A stretch of 64,000 nucleotides of DNA from assembly GCA_028534125.1 (NCBI GenBank), contig CM052832.1, forward strand, positions 23,934,001 to 23,998,000, read 5' to 3'. The number at the start of each line of letters is the position of its first letter. Within the stretch, counting starts at the first letter, position 1. Both the position numbers and the translations under genes were made by a program. The notes under the pieces are model-generated. The model made no database searches, had not been told where the DNA came from, and worked only from the letters and a program-made list of their open reading frames with translations. This document shows, one piece after another, positions 36,576-51,024 of the stretch. Source of the stretch: Lama glama. Its lineage: Eukaryota.

Positions 36576-38179
36576 AGTAGATCAATCTCAGTCCACAAAC
36601 TCTGGCGTACAAGAAATATAACTTAAAGTATAGCATACGTGTTAAGGTCACAGATGGTGCTGCCAGACTGCCTGGGTTCCAGCCCTACCTCTGTGTCTTA
36701 CTGGCTGAGATTAAAACATTTGTTAATAATTCTTAAATATTACCCTGCTACAAAGAAGATCAAAAATACAAATGCCAAAAATATTTTGAGCATTGGTAGC
36801 ATTACTGGGATAAGTGAATAGCTTATTAAGGTGATTACTGTGTTTATTATCACACGTAACTTCTAGTATGTTTGTAAAAATAGTCTCTTTACTTTCTGGC
36901 CATAGTTTTATGTAGAATCACAGACTTTAAGAGATGGAGTGGAATTTACAAATGTTATTATAAAGGTGAAACATCTGACACTGGTGTGATGTGACTTGAC
37001 ATCTTTTTAAAGATCACTCTGGAGGGTGTAGCATGATAAGTATAAAAGCAGGGAGGCTATTAGGAGGTGATCGTAATTATCAAGGTGACAGGTGAAGGGA
37101 TGATGGTGGTGGCAGGAGAAGCGGGGGGAAATGGTGAAATTCCAGAGAGAGACTGAAAGTTGAACCAATGAGATTTCCTAAAGATTGACCATGCTAGGCA
37201 GCAGGAAAAAGGACTTACGGGTGATAGCAAAGATTTCACCCTAAACACATGCCGTGAAAAGTCCTGACCTTCAGGCTGGGGGTATTTTAAGGAGCTGTGC
37301 ATTGAAAGCTCTAAGGACTGATTGTGATTACCTTGAAGTGTCATTTAAATAATACATTAACGTACATCTATGGACACAAATTAGACCATGACCTACTGCT
37401 TCTTTGGGGAAATGAAAGACAACCAAAGACTGTCGTGTACTCTGAGTAGATCTTTATGGAGATATTTTATTTTATTCCACCTGTCAGGATAAAGCGTGCA
37501 GCAGACAGCTTTCCAGCTTACCAAATGTTACCAAGCCCTGAATGCTTCAGCCCCGACGCAATTATATCCTTTTTATTTATTGATAAACACCATATGCCTG
37601 TCATGTCAGAGATCAGAGAATGTCAAGGAGTCATTCATTAGACTTTACTACAAAGCCGCCCTCATTATTCTCCACTTCGTCCATTCTTGCTAAGCCTTCC
37701 CATCCAAGGAACTCTGTCTCTAGGGAACTCACAACAGGGTATTCAACTCACAGCATGTTTTGATAGTTGAGCCAATGGTAGTGTCACTAATCTGCAACTC
37801 CGTTCTTTCAATTACTTGCCCTGATGTAGAGGAGCCATGATTCAGGCGATTTAATATGAGAGAGAAAGAAAGAGAGGGTAATAAAAATTATTTATAATTA
37901 ATTTAGAAATATACAAATTGCCCTTGAAGCATGTCACTCTTCTTAATTATAGTTTACGCAGACTAAATTTAAAGTTGATTAGCATCCTCTGAGCTTACAT
38001 GAGCTAGAGAGGAGGAAGTCCTGTTTAGTATGACAGATGGCAGGGTGATACTGTTTTGGGATTAAAAAGAAAATACATCGTAGCATTTCCATTAAAAAGG
38101 GGCTCTCTGCTTTTGGAATAAACTTACAGGAATGCATGAGATGATAATGGTGGTGATGATCATAAGAAAATTAGAACAA

Positions 38180-38410
38180 TAATAATAACTAATAACTTAC
38201 TGAGCTTTTAATACATGCCACATACTGCTCTAGGCACTCCACTTCTATTAATCCTCTTAATCCTCATATGAGGTCTGTATTATTATTAATCATATTTTAT
38301 ATATAAGGAAATTTATGTTCAGAGAACATAAGTAACTTGCTCATGGTCATATGGCCAATATGTAGCAGAGCAGGGATTTGAATCCAGATGGTCTGATTTC
38401 ACATTTTTTA
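38180..38410 (-). mobile_element. MIR SINE
   Basis: ttactgagcttttaatacatgcc...aagtaacttgctcatggtcatatggc...gggatttgaatccag. Confidence 0.75.
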
Positions 38411-38619
38411 CTTCTATATGATATTAGATCATATGCAAATGTCAACAGTAAAGGCTCTACAGGAATAGTTCCAACATTCAGGATTAAGGGGTACCCTTGA
38501 GGGTGGGAGGGAAACAATGTGAACTACTAGTAGAAAATTATGGACTACACAAAGAAATAAACCACTCTGAGCATGAGTCAGCAGATAAAAGTAGTACACC
38601 AGGTATCAGACATGAGGTA

Positions 38620-39150
38620 ACTGGGAAAATGCTGTAAGTATATTTTAAATTATTACAGAGACAAAAAAAAAAAGAACAAAGAATGTATTGCAAGATAGGA
38701 TACTGTGAGTTAAAAGAGTGGATATATAAAAGAACCAAATAGAACTTAGGAAATGAAAAAACTTAAATAAAAACTCAATAGATAAATAAACAAGAGATCT
38801 GATACAGATGAGTGGAGAAGTAATGTTCCAGTGGATAGAGCTGAGGAATTTATCCAAAGAAAACAAGATGGGGGGGAGGGAGGAATTATTATAAAGAGGT
38901 AGAAAATGAGGGGTTAAGAAACATAGAAGATTAGTTCAGAGGGCCCAACATATGCCTAACAGGGGTTCCAAACTGAAGAAACAATATTTAAAGAGATAAT
39001 AGATGGCTGTTTCTCAAATCAAAGCAAAACATGCACAGGCAAACCAAATTATGAACAGAATAAATAAAAATAAATCCACACCTAAACACATTGGAGTAAA
39101 ACCACAGCTCTCCAAAGAAAAATAGAAAAGTTTGAAAATGGACAGATAAA
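38620..39150 (+). mobile_element. Old L1 ORF1-region remnant
   Basis: A-rich; ccaacatatgcctaacaggggttcca...atttaaagagataata...aaatccacacctaaacacatt. Confidence 0.6.
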
Positions 39151-39809
39151 AAAGATATGTAATGAAATGTTATAGTGGGACTCCCTCTGTCTCAATTTCT
39201 ACACAGGCTACTTAAGATCAATAACAAAATAATAAGGATCAAATACTGTCTCCCTGTGCAGGATGTGGGAAGGGAATAGTGAATAAAACTAGTGAATTTC
39301 CCTCTTCATCTTGATGTCGGCCATTTAGAAACACTTCCTCTGTAGCCTAAAATGTTGATTTTTTTGCAGCTCTCAATGTGTGTTTGCAATGAATATGTAT
39401 TGTCTTTTTGATGAATTCAGTGATTTTTTTTTTGTGAACATATTTCTAATAAGTAGGAATGCATTTACCTAGGAGTCATAAGGTATACATACGTTCAGAT
39501 TTAGTGGGAACTGCCAAGGAGTTTTCCAAAGTGGCTGCATCAATTAACACTCCTACCAACAATGAATGAGAGTTCCAGTAGCTCCACATCCTTACCAACA
39601 CTGTTATAATTAGTCCTTTAAAAATATTATCCGTATTGGTAGGTGGAGAGTGGTCGCTCTTTATGGCATTTTCTGCTTACTAATGAGGTTAGTCTTTAAA
39701 AAATTTATTTACTGGCCACTGGATATTGTCTTTTGCAAAGTCTTCTGTCCACTTTTACCTTTTTTTTTATTGGGTTAACTTTTTCTTACTGATGCATAGG
39801 AGTACATAT

Positions 39810-40365
39810 CAATTACATACTGGTGCATAATAAATTTCCCCAAAACTTACTAGCTTAAAACAACATTTATTATCTCAGTTTATGTGGATCAAGAATCTGG
39901 GTGCCATTTAGTTGGGTGCCTCTAGTGAATGATCTTCCAAGAGGTTGTAGTAGAGCTGTTGGCCAGGGCTGGTCGGCCAGGGCTGCAATCATCTCAAAAC
40001 TCAATTTATGCTGGAAAATCTGCTTTCAAGCTCGCTCATGTGACTGTCTGCAGATTCCAGTTCTTCATGGGTGTTGGACTGAGAGCTTTGATGTCTCACC
40101 ACATCACATGAGCCTCTCTATAGGATTGCTTATAATATGGCAGCTGGCTTCTCTTAGAGTGAGTAAACAAACAAATGAGAGAGAGAAAACCTCAATGGAA
40201 GCCATTCTTTGTATAACCTAATTGCAGAAATGACATCCATTACTTCTGTTTCTATTTGTCAGGAGTGAACAGTAAGACTAGCCACTGTCAAGGACAAGGG
40301 ATCACCCAAGGCTATAAATACAAGAAGTCAGTGATTACTGTGAGCCATCTTGGAAATTGCCAACC
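39810..40365 (-). mobile_element. MaLR (MLT1-type) LTR
   Basis: taataaatttccccaaaacttactagcttaaaacaacatttattatctcag...gccatcttggaaattgcc. Confidence 0.75.
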
Positions 40366-40367
40366 TC

Positions 40368-40584
40368 TGGTAGCCAGTAGTTTGTTCTCTAGATCTGTGA
40401 GTCTGTTTCCTTTTTGTTATAGTCACTAGTTTGTTTTAGTTTTTTTTAGATTCCACATGTAAGTGGTATCATACAGTATTTGTCTTTCTCTGAGTTATTT
40501 AACTTAGCGTAATACCCTCCAAGTTCATTCATGTTGTTGCAAGTGGCAAAACTTTATTCTTTTTAATGGTTGATTAGTATTCTA

Positions 40585-40622
<38 letters not shown>

Positions 40623-40872
40623 ACCACATCTTCTTTATCCATTTCATCTGTTGATGAACACTTAGATTGCTTCCACATCTTGGCTATTGTAAATAATGCT
40701 GCTATGAACATTGGGGTACCTTTACCTTTTTGAATTAGTGTTTTTTTTTTTCAGACATGTACCCAGGAGTGGAATTGCTGGATCATATAGTTTTTTGAGA
40801 AACCTCATACTGTTTTGTACAGTGGCTGCACCAATTTACACTCCCACCAGCAGTGTACAAGAGTTCCTTTTT
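40368..40872 (-). mobile_element. LINE-1 3' fragment with internal (GT)17 at 40587-40620
   Basis: gattccacatgtaagtggtatcatacagtatttgtc...ggctattgtaaataatgctgctatgaacattggggt. Confidence 0.88.
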
Positions 40873-41889
40873 TAGAGAAGGGTTTTTTTGTTTGTTGTTT
40901 TTGTTTTGTTTTTTAAAGTATCATGGGTGAGTACTGAATGTTACTAAATTTTATCAAAAATTTTTTTCTGCATCTATCAAGATTATATAATTTTAATCAT
41001 TTTCTTTCTGTTAATGTGAATTATATTGATGGATTTTCAAGTTTTAAACAATCTTGCATTTTTAGAATAGAAATTTGTTGTTTAATTTCCAAATATTTGA
41101 GAATTTTTAAATTATATTTTTATTATTAATTCCTAGTTTAATTCTACTTTGGTCAGAAAACATATCTTGAATAATTAAAATCTCTGAGTTTTGTTGAGAT
41201 CTGCTTTGTGGACCAGCATATGGCTAATTTTCATAGATGTTCCTTATACATTTGCACATGTGTCCTGTTGTTGGGTATAGTGTTCTATATATCCCAAATA
41301 ATTCAAGTGTGTTAACTATGTTGTTCAGCTTTTTTTTTTATAGCCTTACCGATATTTTTCCTGCTTGATCTTTTATTTACTGAGGGAGATGGGTACATTC
41401 TCTCATTATGATTGTGAATTTGTCTATTTTTCCTTTATTTCGGTCAAACTTTTCTTTATATATTCTGGTACCATGTTATTAAGTGCATAGAAATTTACAA
41501 CTGTTATATATCTTTGTCCCTTTTATCCCCATTAATATTTCTTACCCTAAAGTCTACTTTGCCAGCTATTGATATAACGATATCATCTTTTTATTTTTAT
41601 TTATACAGTATCTTTTTCTCCCATCTTTTACACTCAACTTTTCTTTGTTCTTATATTTAGAGTGTTTCTCTTATAAGTAGGTTATAGTTAGAGTTCACTT
41701 ATTTTAGTCCAGTTTTAAAGCATTTTTGAGTAACTAGTCTGTTTACATTTAATGTGATCACAAATACAGATTATTTGGGTTTATAGTTACCATTTTATTT
41801 GTTTTCAATTTGTCCTATATCTTTTTCATGGTCCCTATTCTCTCCTTTCTTTTATTCTCCTGAACTATGTCCCACCACCCATTTATATA

Positions 41890-42186
41890 TGGGCATACCT
41901 TGGAGATATTGCAGGTTTGATTCCAGGCCACTGCAATAAGGCAAATATTGCGATAGTTTGGTTTCCCAGTGCATGTAAAAGTTATATTACACTATGCTGT
42001 AGTATTAAGTATGCATTTGCTTTATGTCTAAAAAACAATGTACATATCTTAATTTAAACTATTTTATTGCTAAAAAATGTTAACCATCATCTGACAATGC
42101 AGAGTTGCCACAAAACTTCAACTTGTAAAAAATGCAGTATCTGCAAAGCACAATAAAGTGAAGAAAAATAAAATGATGTATGCCTA
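41890..42186. mobile_element. Tigger1-derived internally deleted DNA transposon (about 300 bp) nested in an old L1
   Basis: Ends GGCATACCTTGGAGATATTGCAGGTT... and ...AATAAAATGATGTATGCCT match the two Tigger1 termini (imperfect TIRs); no transposase. Confidence 0.8.
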
Positions 42187-43149
42187 CACTACTAATATAA
42201 AGTAGTATTTTTACATTGTCTAGTATTTATAGGCAATAATATGACTTTAAAGCACTTTAACTCCATTTATCCCTTCTGCCTTTTGAGTTATTATTGTCAT
42301 ATGTTTTAATTTTGCATATATTTGAGCCCTATAAAACCTTATTACTGTTGTTTTGGACAGTCAATATTCACGTAGATTTCCCAACTTTTGTTTGTGCTTC
42401 ATTTCTACCCACATTTATGCTATCCATATGGGATCATTTTTCTTCCACCTGAAGAATTTTCTTCTGTATTTCTCTGATTAAGGGCTTACTGGTAACAAAT
42501 TCTCTCCATTTGCATTTACCTGTTAAAGTCTTTATTTTGGCTTTTAATTTTGAAAAATTTTTTTCAGATGTGAAACTTTATGTTGGCAGTTATTTTGTCA
42601 TTATTTGAAAAATGTCGTTCTATTGTCTTCAGGTTTCCAACATTTCTGATGCTTCTCAATATTCTTTTTGAGGTTAATATTTTTCTTTTCTCTCTGAGAA
42701 CAAACAGAGAATATGAGCAAAAAAAATCTGTTTGAAGACATAAGATAGTTCCTAAGGCATTAAAAAATTATGGGGACAAATCTGGGGGAGGGGAAGGAAG
42801 CTTAGAGAGCTAGGCTCAGTATTTGCGACTGCTTTATCTTGGATGCAGCTGTTAGTTTCAGAAAAGGCAGCTGAGAATCTAAAACCTCTCCACTGACTCA
42901 TAAATCTAGGAGGACAAAAAATAAGATGGCTTGTCAAGGGTGGGGAATAACCTGGGAACCCTCACCTAGGTTTTGAATAATCTCAATCTTTGATTGAATC
43001 AATGTGATTGCAGATTGCAAATGCCTTAGCCTAGCCTGTTAGAAGCAAATATAAGTCTCTGGAGGAAAATAACATTGTCTAAAACCTCAAATCGTCTTTT
43101 ACCATCTTTCACATGTCATATCCACAATTAATAAAAATTAACCAGTCAC

Positions 43150-43870
43150 ATGAGGATACAACAGAACATGGAAAAACCATAAGAGAGATCATTAAAAATA
43201 GAAACAAATCTATAGAAAATGGAATAGATGAGTTTCAGAATGTTTAGAAAATTTTAAAAATTCAGATGAGAATCTTGAAAGATGAATGAAAAACATAAAA
43301 AGAACCAAATGATAATTTTAGAAGTAAAAAAAAATATAATAGCTGAAGTTAAGAACTCAGTGGATGAGTTTATTAGCAGATTAGAGTCAGATAAAAAGAG
43401 AATTAATATATGGAAGATAAATCACATGAAAATATCCCTTCTGAATCCCAGAGCAACAGCAATAACAAAAAATGGAAATCACCAATAAGAACATAAGAGA
43501 CAGGGTACATAGGAAAGACATCATCACATGTTATTTGTGTTCTTGTAGAAGAGGAGAGAGATAATGGGGCAAAAGAAATATATGAAAAGATAACGGCTGA
43601 GAATTTTTAAAAATAACCCCAAAACAACAACCCTGAAAGACATCCAGCCACAGATTTAAGAAAACACTAAAAACCTCATGAGAAATAATATAAAGAAAAT
43701 CATGTCTAAGCACAGCACAGTAGAAACTGCTAAAAAACAAGAAGAGAGGGAAAAAAAACCTTGCAAGCAGCCAGATGGGAAACAATAAGGGTAACAGTTG
43801 ATTTTTTCAACAAAGCAATGGAAGCCAGGAGTCAGTAGGATGATATCTTCAAAGTTCTCAAATAAAATAA
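43150..43870 (+). mobile_element. Old L1 ORF1-region remnant
   Basis: Peptide ILEVKKNIIAEVKNSVDEFISRLESDKKRI is L1 ORF1p coiled-coil-like. Confidence 0.75.
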
Positions 43871-44601
43871 CCAAATACTGGTTTTGGCTGGACACACCCA
43901 GACCTCTGGAGCTGACTGGGGGTGGCTTTACTCCATCTATCTCTCATCCTTCTCCTGGGATTGAGAATGATCTTCTTATGGTAATAGCAGGGATGCAGGA
44001 GAGCAAGCAGGTATATGAAGGCACCCTTTAAGCTTCTGCTCATGCCATGTATGTTAGATACCATTGACCAAAACAAGTCATATGACTAAACTCTCAATCA
44101 AAGAACAAGGAAGTATGTTCTACCGCTTCATAGGAAAGGGTGTAAAGACATGTGGAAAAGTACATGGTTATAAGAAACGTAAAGAATTGGAGCCATACCA
44201 ATTGCAACACACCGCAGGTAATTAGTGAAAAAGAACCATACAGATTAATGTTTGTAGCCTGTTTCTCTCAGCAGAAATGAATCAGGAATACCTACCTAAA
44301 TAATTCTAGCTGTTACTCTGGCCAGATCTCAAGAGATTTGGTAAGGGGTGTAAAAAACGTTCACTCTCGCAGCTTCTACTTTCACAAAACAGACGCTTCA
44401 TACCACAGGTGCTTGAACGAAACTCTAAGAGCAACTCCTTTTGCAGGACAGGAGGTAAACTAAATGAAGGGGGGAAAATGTGTTTACTTTTTAAAACATG
44501 GGAGTGATAGTCAATTGGGATGAAGAAAAAAAGGAGATATGGATTTGAGTAACATCTTTGTTAGGAAAAAACACTATGTAGAACTAATAGAGAAGATTAA
44601 A

Positions 44602-44635
<34 letters not shown>

Positions 44636-46121
44636 GTTATCCCTTCCCAGGCTTAGTAGCGCCACATTGGACCTATAGTTGAAAAAGAATATGGCAGAGA
44701 AGCATACAAATGTTTCAAGTTTCCACATAAGACATTGAGGCTATTTCCCCTCTTCTATCCAAGAAGAAGGAAACCCAGCAGATTCTGGAACACATGGGCT
44801 TGAGTCACTCTCACTAGGAGGGACAGAGGAGGGGAAAATGGCCACAGCAAAAAGCGATTAGCCAAAGTCGTCCTTGAAGGGATTTGCTGGGCATTAGAGG
44901 CAGTGAGAGGTAAAGCAGTGCTTGTTAAACCAGCCCATGATGTGCCCTGAGCAGTGGCAACACATGCTTTCTGAGAGGTTATGCTTGGCTGCCCCAGGTG
45001 TAAACTTCCTTTGAGATTTGGGTTCCCCTTAAAAATTCATGTAAATTTTGTATTCGCCTTCTCCCTCTTTTCTGCAAAAAAAAAAAAAATTTTAATAAAA
45101 CATCATTTTAACTTACTTATCCTAAGGTAATATTTAAGATTTAAAAGAAGTGGCATAGTTATGCAATGGCTTTGAGTATTTCCTGGCACATGAAATTACA
45201 GCCCCCGGATTAGGCAGTTCTGTTGGAGAACCTCAGGTTACAGGGTTGGCGTGAGGGTCAGGAGGGCTGGGTTTTACTCTTGTCTCTGTTCTCAGTTCAC
45301 ACTAGTGTTGGAGAAGTTATTTAAACCGCCTTGACCTCAGTGTTCTTGCCTGTAGGAGGTTGGCTGGACCATCTCCATGGTTCCTTCTGGTTCTGAGCCT
45401 CTTTGGAGCTCTTCCAGGTCCTTAGCTAATTAAGTTCAACTTTGGTATTTGCCTGTGAGCGGACATTCTCGTGGGCTCCTCTACCATCACTCAGGCATGT
45501 CTGGGGCTCATTTTAATCATCCTTCCTAGAGGATGAGAGCCAACGTTTCTTTACAAGCCGATCACACAGACTGGTAGAGTCCACTTTACATACAACCAGG
45601 CGTGGTTTCTCACTGTAAGATAGGACTGATGCAGCACACAGTCACTGCAGAGAGAGGTATGCGTCCTAAACAAACTAGACACAATGCCAATAGAAGTTTT
45701 TTCTTTCATATACCAAATTGAGATATTTTGCATGGAGGAGATTGATAGACTTTGGCCTAATAACAGATGCAGGGTTAGTTTGGTGGGGGGTTTTTTTGTT
45801 TGTTTTTTGTTTTTGATTCCATCAGCTTTGAAACTGAGAATGGAAATGAGACACCTGCATTAATAAAACAACAAGGTGGCGTTTGGACACTTAAACTAAA
45901 CAAAAGAAATTGGACCTGGGAGTGAATTACTTATTTATAGCATCTCCTGTCAAGCTACCTAAAGTGGCTTGTGAGGCCCGGAATGCTCTCTTTATTAGTC
46001 CTTAAGGCAAGTGGGAAGGACTCTCTGATGGTTTGGGGTTTAGGTCAATGGTGAGCTGGTTGTGGGAGGATCATTTGGTCCAAAGCTTCTTTATAAGGAA
46101 ATGTATTCCTTCTCTCTTTTC

Positions 46122-46266
46122 TTTTTTAGTGTTTTATTTTGGGGGGGGGTGAGATTAGATTTGTTTATTTATTTACTTACTTACTAACTAAAGTGGAGGT
46201 ACTGGGGATTTAACCCAGGACCCTGTGCATGCTAAGTACACACTACCACTGAGCTCTACCCTCCCG
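46122..46266 (-). mobile_element. tRNA-derived SINE (same family as 9601)
   Basis: Reverse complement GGGAGGGTAGAGCTCAGTGGTAG...GGTTAAATCCCCAGTACCTCC plus tail. Confidence 0.88.
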
Positions 46267-47917
46267 CTTCTCCCTCTTTTCTTGAAGGCATTCCGAAGGC
46301 ACTCATGATAAGGAGATATGCTCAGGTACTTCACTGTATACCCAGGAGCCAGTGACAAAGCCTTTATTACAACATCATTGCAAGTTGAATCCCTGCAGAA
46401 AGAGAAAGGCCCGCCCCGTCCCTCCTCTGTCCCTTTCCCAGCAGGTGCTGTTTCTGAGCGCCCTGCCCCTTTAAACTTCCTCCAAGCAAATGTCCGTCTC
46501 AGTCTGTTTCCTGGGGGACTTGATGTAAGCCCCGGGGGGTTGCTATTTATTTTCCCAGAAAAGCAGATAATAGAATCAGGAATTCCTCGCTCTTCTTCCC
46601 AGCCTCTACCTATCAGGTGGCTTTGCGGTCACACACTGATCCTCAGAAGCTTACATCAGGCTGAATCCAAAAACATAATTCTGCCCAGGCAGCATATGAA
46701 GTTGAGTCCCCCTTTCTAGGGTTCCTGTTCAATTTCTTCATCTTCTCAAATAACCTTTATTGAGAAGGAAAATGCTGGAGCCAAGTCTCTTTTTAAATGC
46801 TTCCCTTCAGTCTCTCTCCTGCCCAAAGCCTTTCACTCCTTGCTCTTCCTCCGCCTGCCCTTCGAGGTCCTCCAGAGCTGGATCTCATGAGCCTCTTGAT
46901 AAGGACTCGGCTCACAGCTGACAAGATGCCCCAGGGTCCCATCAAGTGCTACACCTTTCGGAGACCTTGCTCTTGTTCTTTAACATGTGTGGAATGAAGT
47001 CCCTTTGCCCTAAAGCAGAAAGATCTAAAAGCATTTCCAAAGAGGTAATGAAGTTTAGCTTCAGGGTTCCTCACTTGCACTGGTCCTTTCTAAGACCGTG
47101 GGAGGAACCCCAGCAATGTATTCGCATGGTCATTGCAAAATCAGTAGAAATAAAGATAATCTAACTTCCGTTGACAAGGCAACACCCCTAGTGTTGGGTG
47201 GTGATGGGAGGCCATGGGCATTTGGGGGATCCAACTTAGAGGAAGTTGAGTTGGAAAAACATTTAGTTTGGATTTAGTAGAATACATTTATGTGGTAGGC
47301 AGTCACTTGCGTATATGGCTAGGTTATTGCCAGCCATGCTGATGTAGGAATGGCTCCTAGAAACCCCCACATTGGCTAACTCTGCTAACACCCTGGGCAA
47401 GGCCAGGGGATCAGTTAGGGTATGTATGTCTCCTTGAGAACCTGGCACCAGAAATACATGGATGGTGGAAGAGAAACAATCAAATGCATGGAGCAGGAAG
47501 GTGGTGTGTGGAAAATTCTTCCAATCACCAATTGTAGAAAAATGTCTGCCAAGTATTCTGTTCTCGTGGACGCCTAGTCAAAACAGAAGCTCTCTCTAGA
47601 ACATTGCTACCTATACAATTATATGTGCACTGTAGTTTCTTCCTATTTTTCATTTTCTTTCTATTTTACAGCCATCACATGAAATAAAATTTATCCGAAT
47701 TGCTGTGTTTATAAGACTGAAGCCTGTAGCAGTAACACACAAAAAACGTATATCTGGCTGTGAAGTTACATGTTTTATGCATCCCAGCCATCAATCATAA
47801 AAAGCAAATTTAAAATAACTCTGCTAGGGGAAGGACTGTGTTATCTTTGTACTTTTGCTTTGTAGAACCTGTTACAAAACCAACATCATACAAAGAGGCG
47901 ATCAGAGTATGCAGTCA

Positions 47918-48250
47918 GTGGGGTGGGGGAAGGGGCAGGAGCAAGATGCAGGTGGAGAATTAAGAGGTTCAAACTGGAAATTTGACACAACATTGTAAAA
48001 TGATTATAAATCAATAAAAAATGTTAAAAAAAAGAGGTTCAAACTGTCAGGTATAAAACAAGCTACAAGGTTGTATTGTACAACATGGGGAATATAGCTA
48101 ATATTTTATAATAACTATAAATGGAGTATAACCTTTAAAAATTGTGAATCACTATATTGTATACCTGTAACATATAATATTGTACATCAACTATGCTTCA
48201 ATTTTAAAAATATGATATTGTAAAATAAATAAAGTTCAAAAAAGAAAAAA
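47918..48250 (+). mobile_element. LINE-1 3'UTR fragment carrying a nested mini L1 tail at 47976-48031
   Basis: Similar to the 6660-6860 L1 end (ggtataaaacaagctacaagg...ttgtacaacatgggg); nested insert has a 14-bp TSD. Confidence 0.88.
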
Positions 48251-51024
48251 GAGACTATAGCTAGAAAGTATAGAAAGAAATATTACAGACATGTCAGGCA
48301 ATCAAATAAGAAAATATGTTATTTTGGGGGTTTTGTCTGCTTAAGTTTTACATTAGTAGTTCTTCCTTATACCTGATTTTATATTCATAAGTTTTTATTA
48401 TGTTTTTAAAACAGGGCCTAAAAATTATGTATAAGCTTCAACCCTGATCCCCACCCCCTGCACCACATTAAAACCTGAATCTCCTGGGAAAAACAAAACA
48501 TAATTTATTATCTCAATAAATTTTCCCAACGCAAAAATAAGAATTCTTATTACTTGAGTGCTCGCTATGGGTCTGACAGTATTTTAGGCACTTTATAGAA
48601 TTCCGTTGTTTAATCCTTAAGACAACCCTAGGGGCTGATACGGTTCTCATTTCAAAGGCCACATGGGTCAAACTCGTTCTGTCTCACTCTGCCACCTGGG
48701 CTCCACCCAGTGTACTTTGCCTCTGTCGCCCTCTGTGTTACGTGGTATATAGCACTTGACTACATTTTTCTTGTGTTGTCTGTCTGCTGTTCTGTCTTTG
48801 TGGTCCTTGATTCCAGCTCTAAGTTCCTTGGAGATACAGAATAGAACCCAAATTTCTTCCGTATCACCGCCAACCCATCACAGAGAGTTAGGGTGGAATC
48901 TTTTTAACTCTTGACAGTTGAAATGGATTAGAAGTCACGTCTGTCTGGAAAATGCCCCAAGACAAGTACAGAATCATCTCAGGAATAAATAAATCTTTTT
49001 CTTTTTTTTTTTTTTACTTCAATACAGTGGTCTATCTCATGGCACTGGTGGAGGAAATAACTGATTTTCAATTAAAAATGTAAAAAGGAGCAAATGCACC
49101 ATTTGAAGCTACAGGTAGGCTTTGGGGTTTGTTCTGAGCCACCACTGCTGGCTGGTGAGTACTTGTGTGAAATGCTAGTTACCATAGCAACCAGCACAGC
49201 AAGATTAACACCCCCCCCACCTTTGGTTTATGAATCCGAATCAATAAATGTTTATAAATAACTCCCCCAGTGGCCAAAAGAAGTAAAAGCACAAGCCAGA
49301 ACAATCCTTCTGTCCTGTGAATGTGAGTCACAAATATGTTGGCCATATCCTGGGGACAGAAAAAGGCTATCCGCAATACAAACAATTGGCCACATCATTT
49401 TCTTTGCAAGAGTGCTTAGGAAAAACCCGCTGAGTGAAAATCTATCTCACATGCTTAGTGACAACAGGAATAAAGGGGCACAGAGTCAAAACTGCAGAAA
49501 TCACAGGTGCTGGGTCTGAAAGAGAACATTGGTGTAATTGGACCTGAATGATTACACCACTGTTCAAATGGAATAGGTAGAGACATTATCCTGCGCTTGT
49601 GGATGATATGTTCTCTGCGAAATGCAAGCAGAATCACACAAAAGTGGAATTCAGTATGAAGAGTCCCAGCGAAGTCGAATCAGGCCAGCAACTATTGTAA
49701 GAATTCTTTCTATAGCATTCCAAACAGATGGTCAAACAGCCTCTCCTGGGATATTTTTAGGAAAAGGGAAAGCCATTTTCCTCTAATCTCTAGCTCGTAG
49801 CTGTTAAATTTAGTTCCTGAGCCAAAATCGCCTCCCACTCTCATCTCTTAACATCTATCCATTGGTCTTGGTTTGTTCTTTGGCACAACAGAAACCTGAT
49901 CCATCTGGTTCCCTGTCAGTGACAGCCCTTCAAACCTCTGAAGGGAGCCACTGAGTTTTTCTTTAACCTTCTCTTTTTTACTGGTGTGGTTCCAACCTCT
50001 CCCCTCTCCAGGTTTCTTTCCTCCGAATGCTCTTCACTTGCCAGTGTTCCTCATAATATGTGGGCTCCCAGAATGACCTGTACTAATCCCCACATGTGGG
50101 TTAAGATTTCAATGAAACTACTTCTTATGCTTTATCTAAGGCTAAGTTTATATTCAAGTGTGTGTGCGCACGCGCATGCATGCTTAACAGCCACATGGCA
50201 CCGTGAGCACATGTTAAGCTTCTGTAGGCTAGAACCCACAGGGCACCCCATCTCAGAATAGGACTGAATTATCTAAATATTTCTCCCAGGAAGAACCAAT
50301 AAGGGCTGGGATTCCTTGGCAAACCACTAGCCTGAGAAGCAAAAAGGAACAGTCCTTCTGACAGCTTGGCAAATATTTTAGCTGGCTGACATAAAGTGGA
50401 GAAGGAGTAATTGTCCACAAGATGTGGTTCTCTAAGACCCTCCTCACTCATCGAAGTGTCACCTTGGCTGGAGTTTCACCATTTGGAAATGCTAACATCT
50501 TCTGGCTGTTTTCCCCCCAAAGATGTGTTAATCACTAACAATTTATTGTGGATGAGATGATGCCCTGTCTTTCAGAAACAGGGCAGGGGGACAGTTGGGA
50601 AGTACTAAGTTGGTGGGTTTGGAAGGAGGGTAGAGGTGTTAAATAGGGTAAGATAGTTAAGAAGAAATAGGATGTGCTGGAGCCCTGCAGTTTTGCTTGG
50701 GGCCAGCCCTGCTCCACGGTTAATGCTCTCTGTGGTAGGGGAGGTGGCACACATTCAAATGTCCATCAGGGGAAGAAACAGGGGTGGAAGGCAGACTACG
50801 GTGCCAGCATCACAACGAGTGGACCGAAGACACCAGGCAATGGTTGGAACACGGCACCTGTGGATTCCACTAAAGGGATGACCATGGCTTAACTCCAGCC
50901 ACATATTGCCAAGGAGGAATGCAGCCCTGTTTTGGCAGATCTTTCAAATTGTCAGCAATCTGGAGGTTTATGTCAGCTCTTCTAGTTTGGGAATATTGAC
51001 GAATACTCTGAGAGTCCAACTCTT

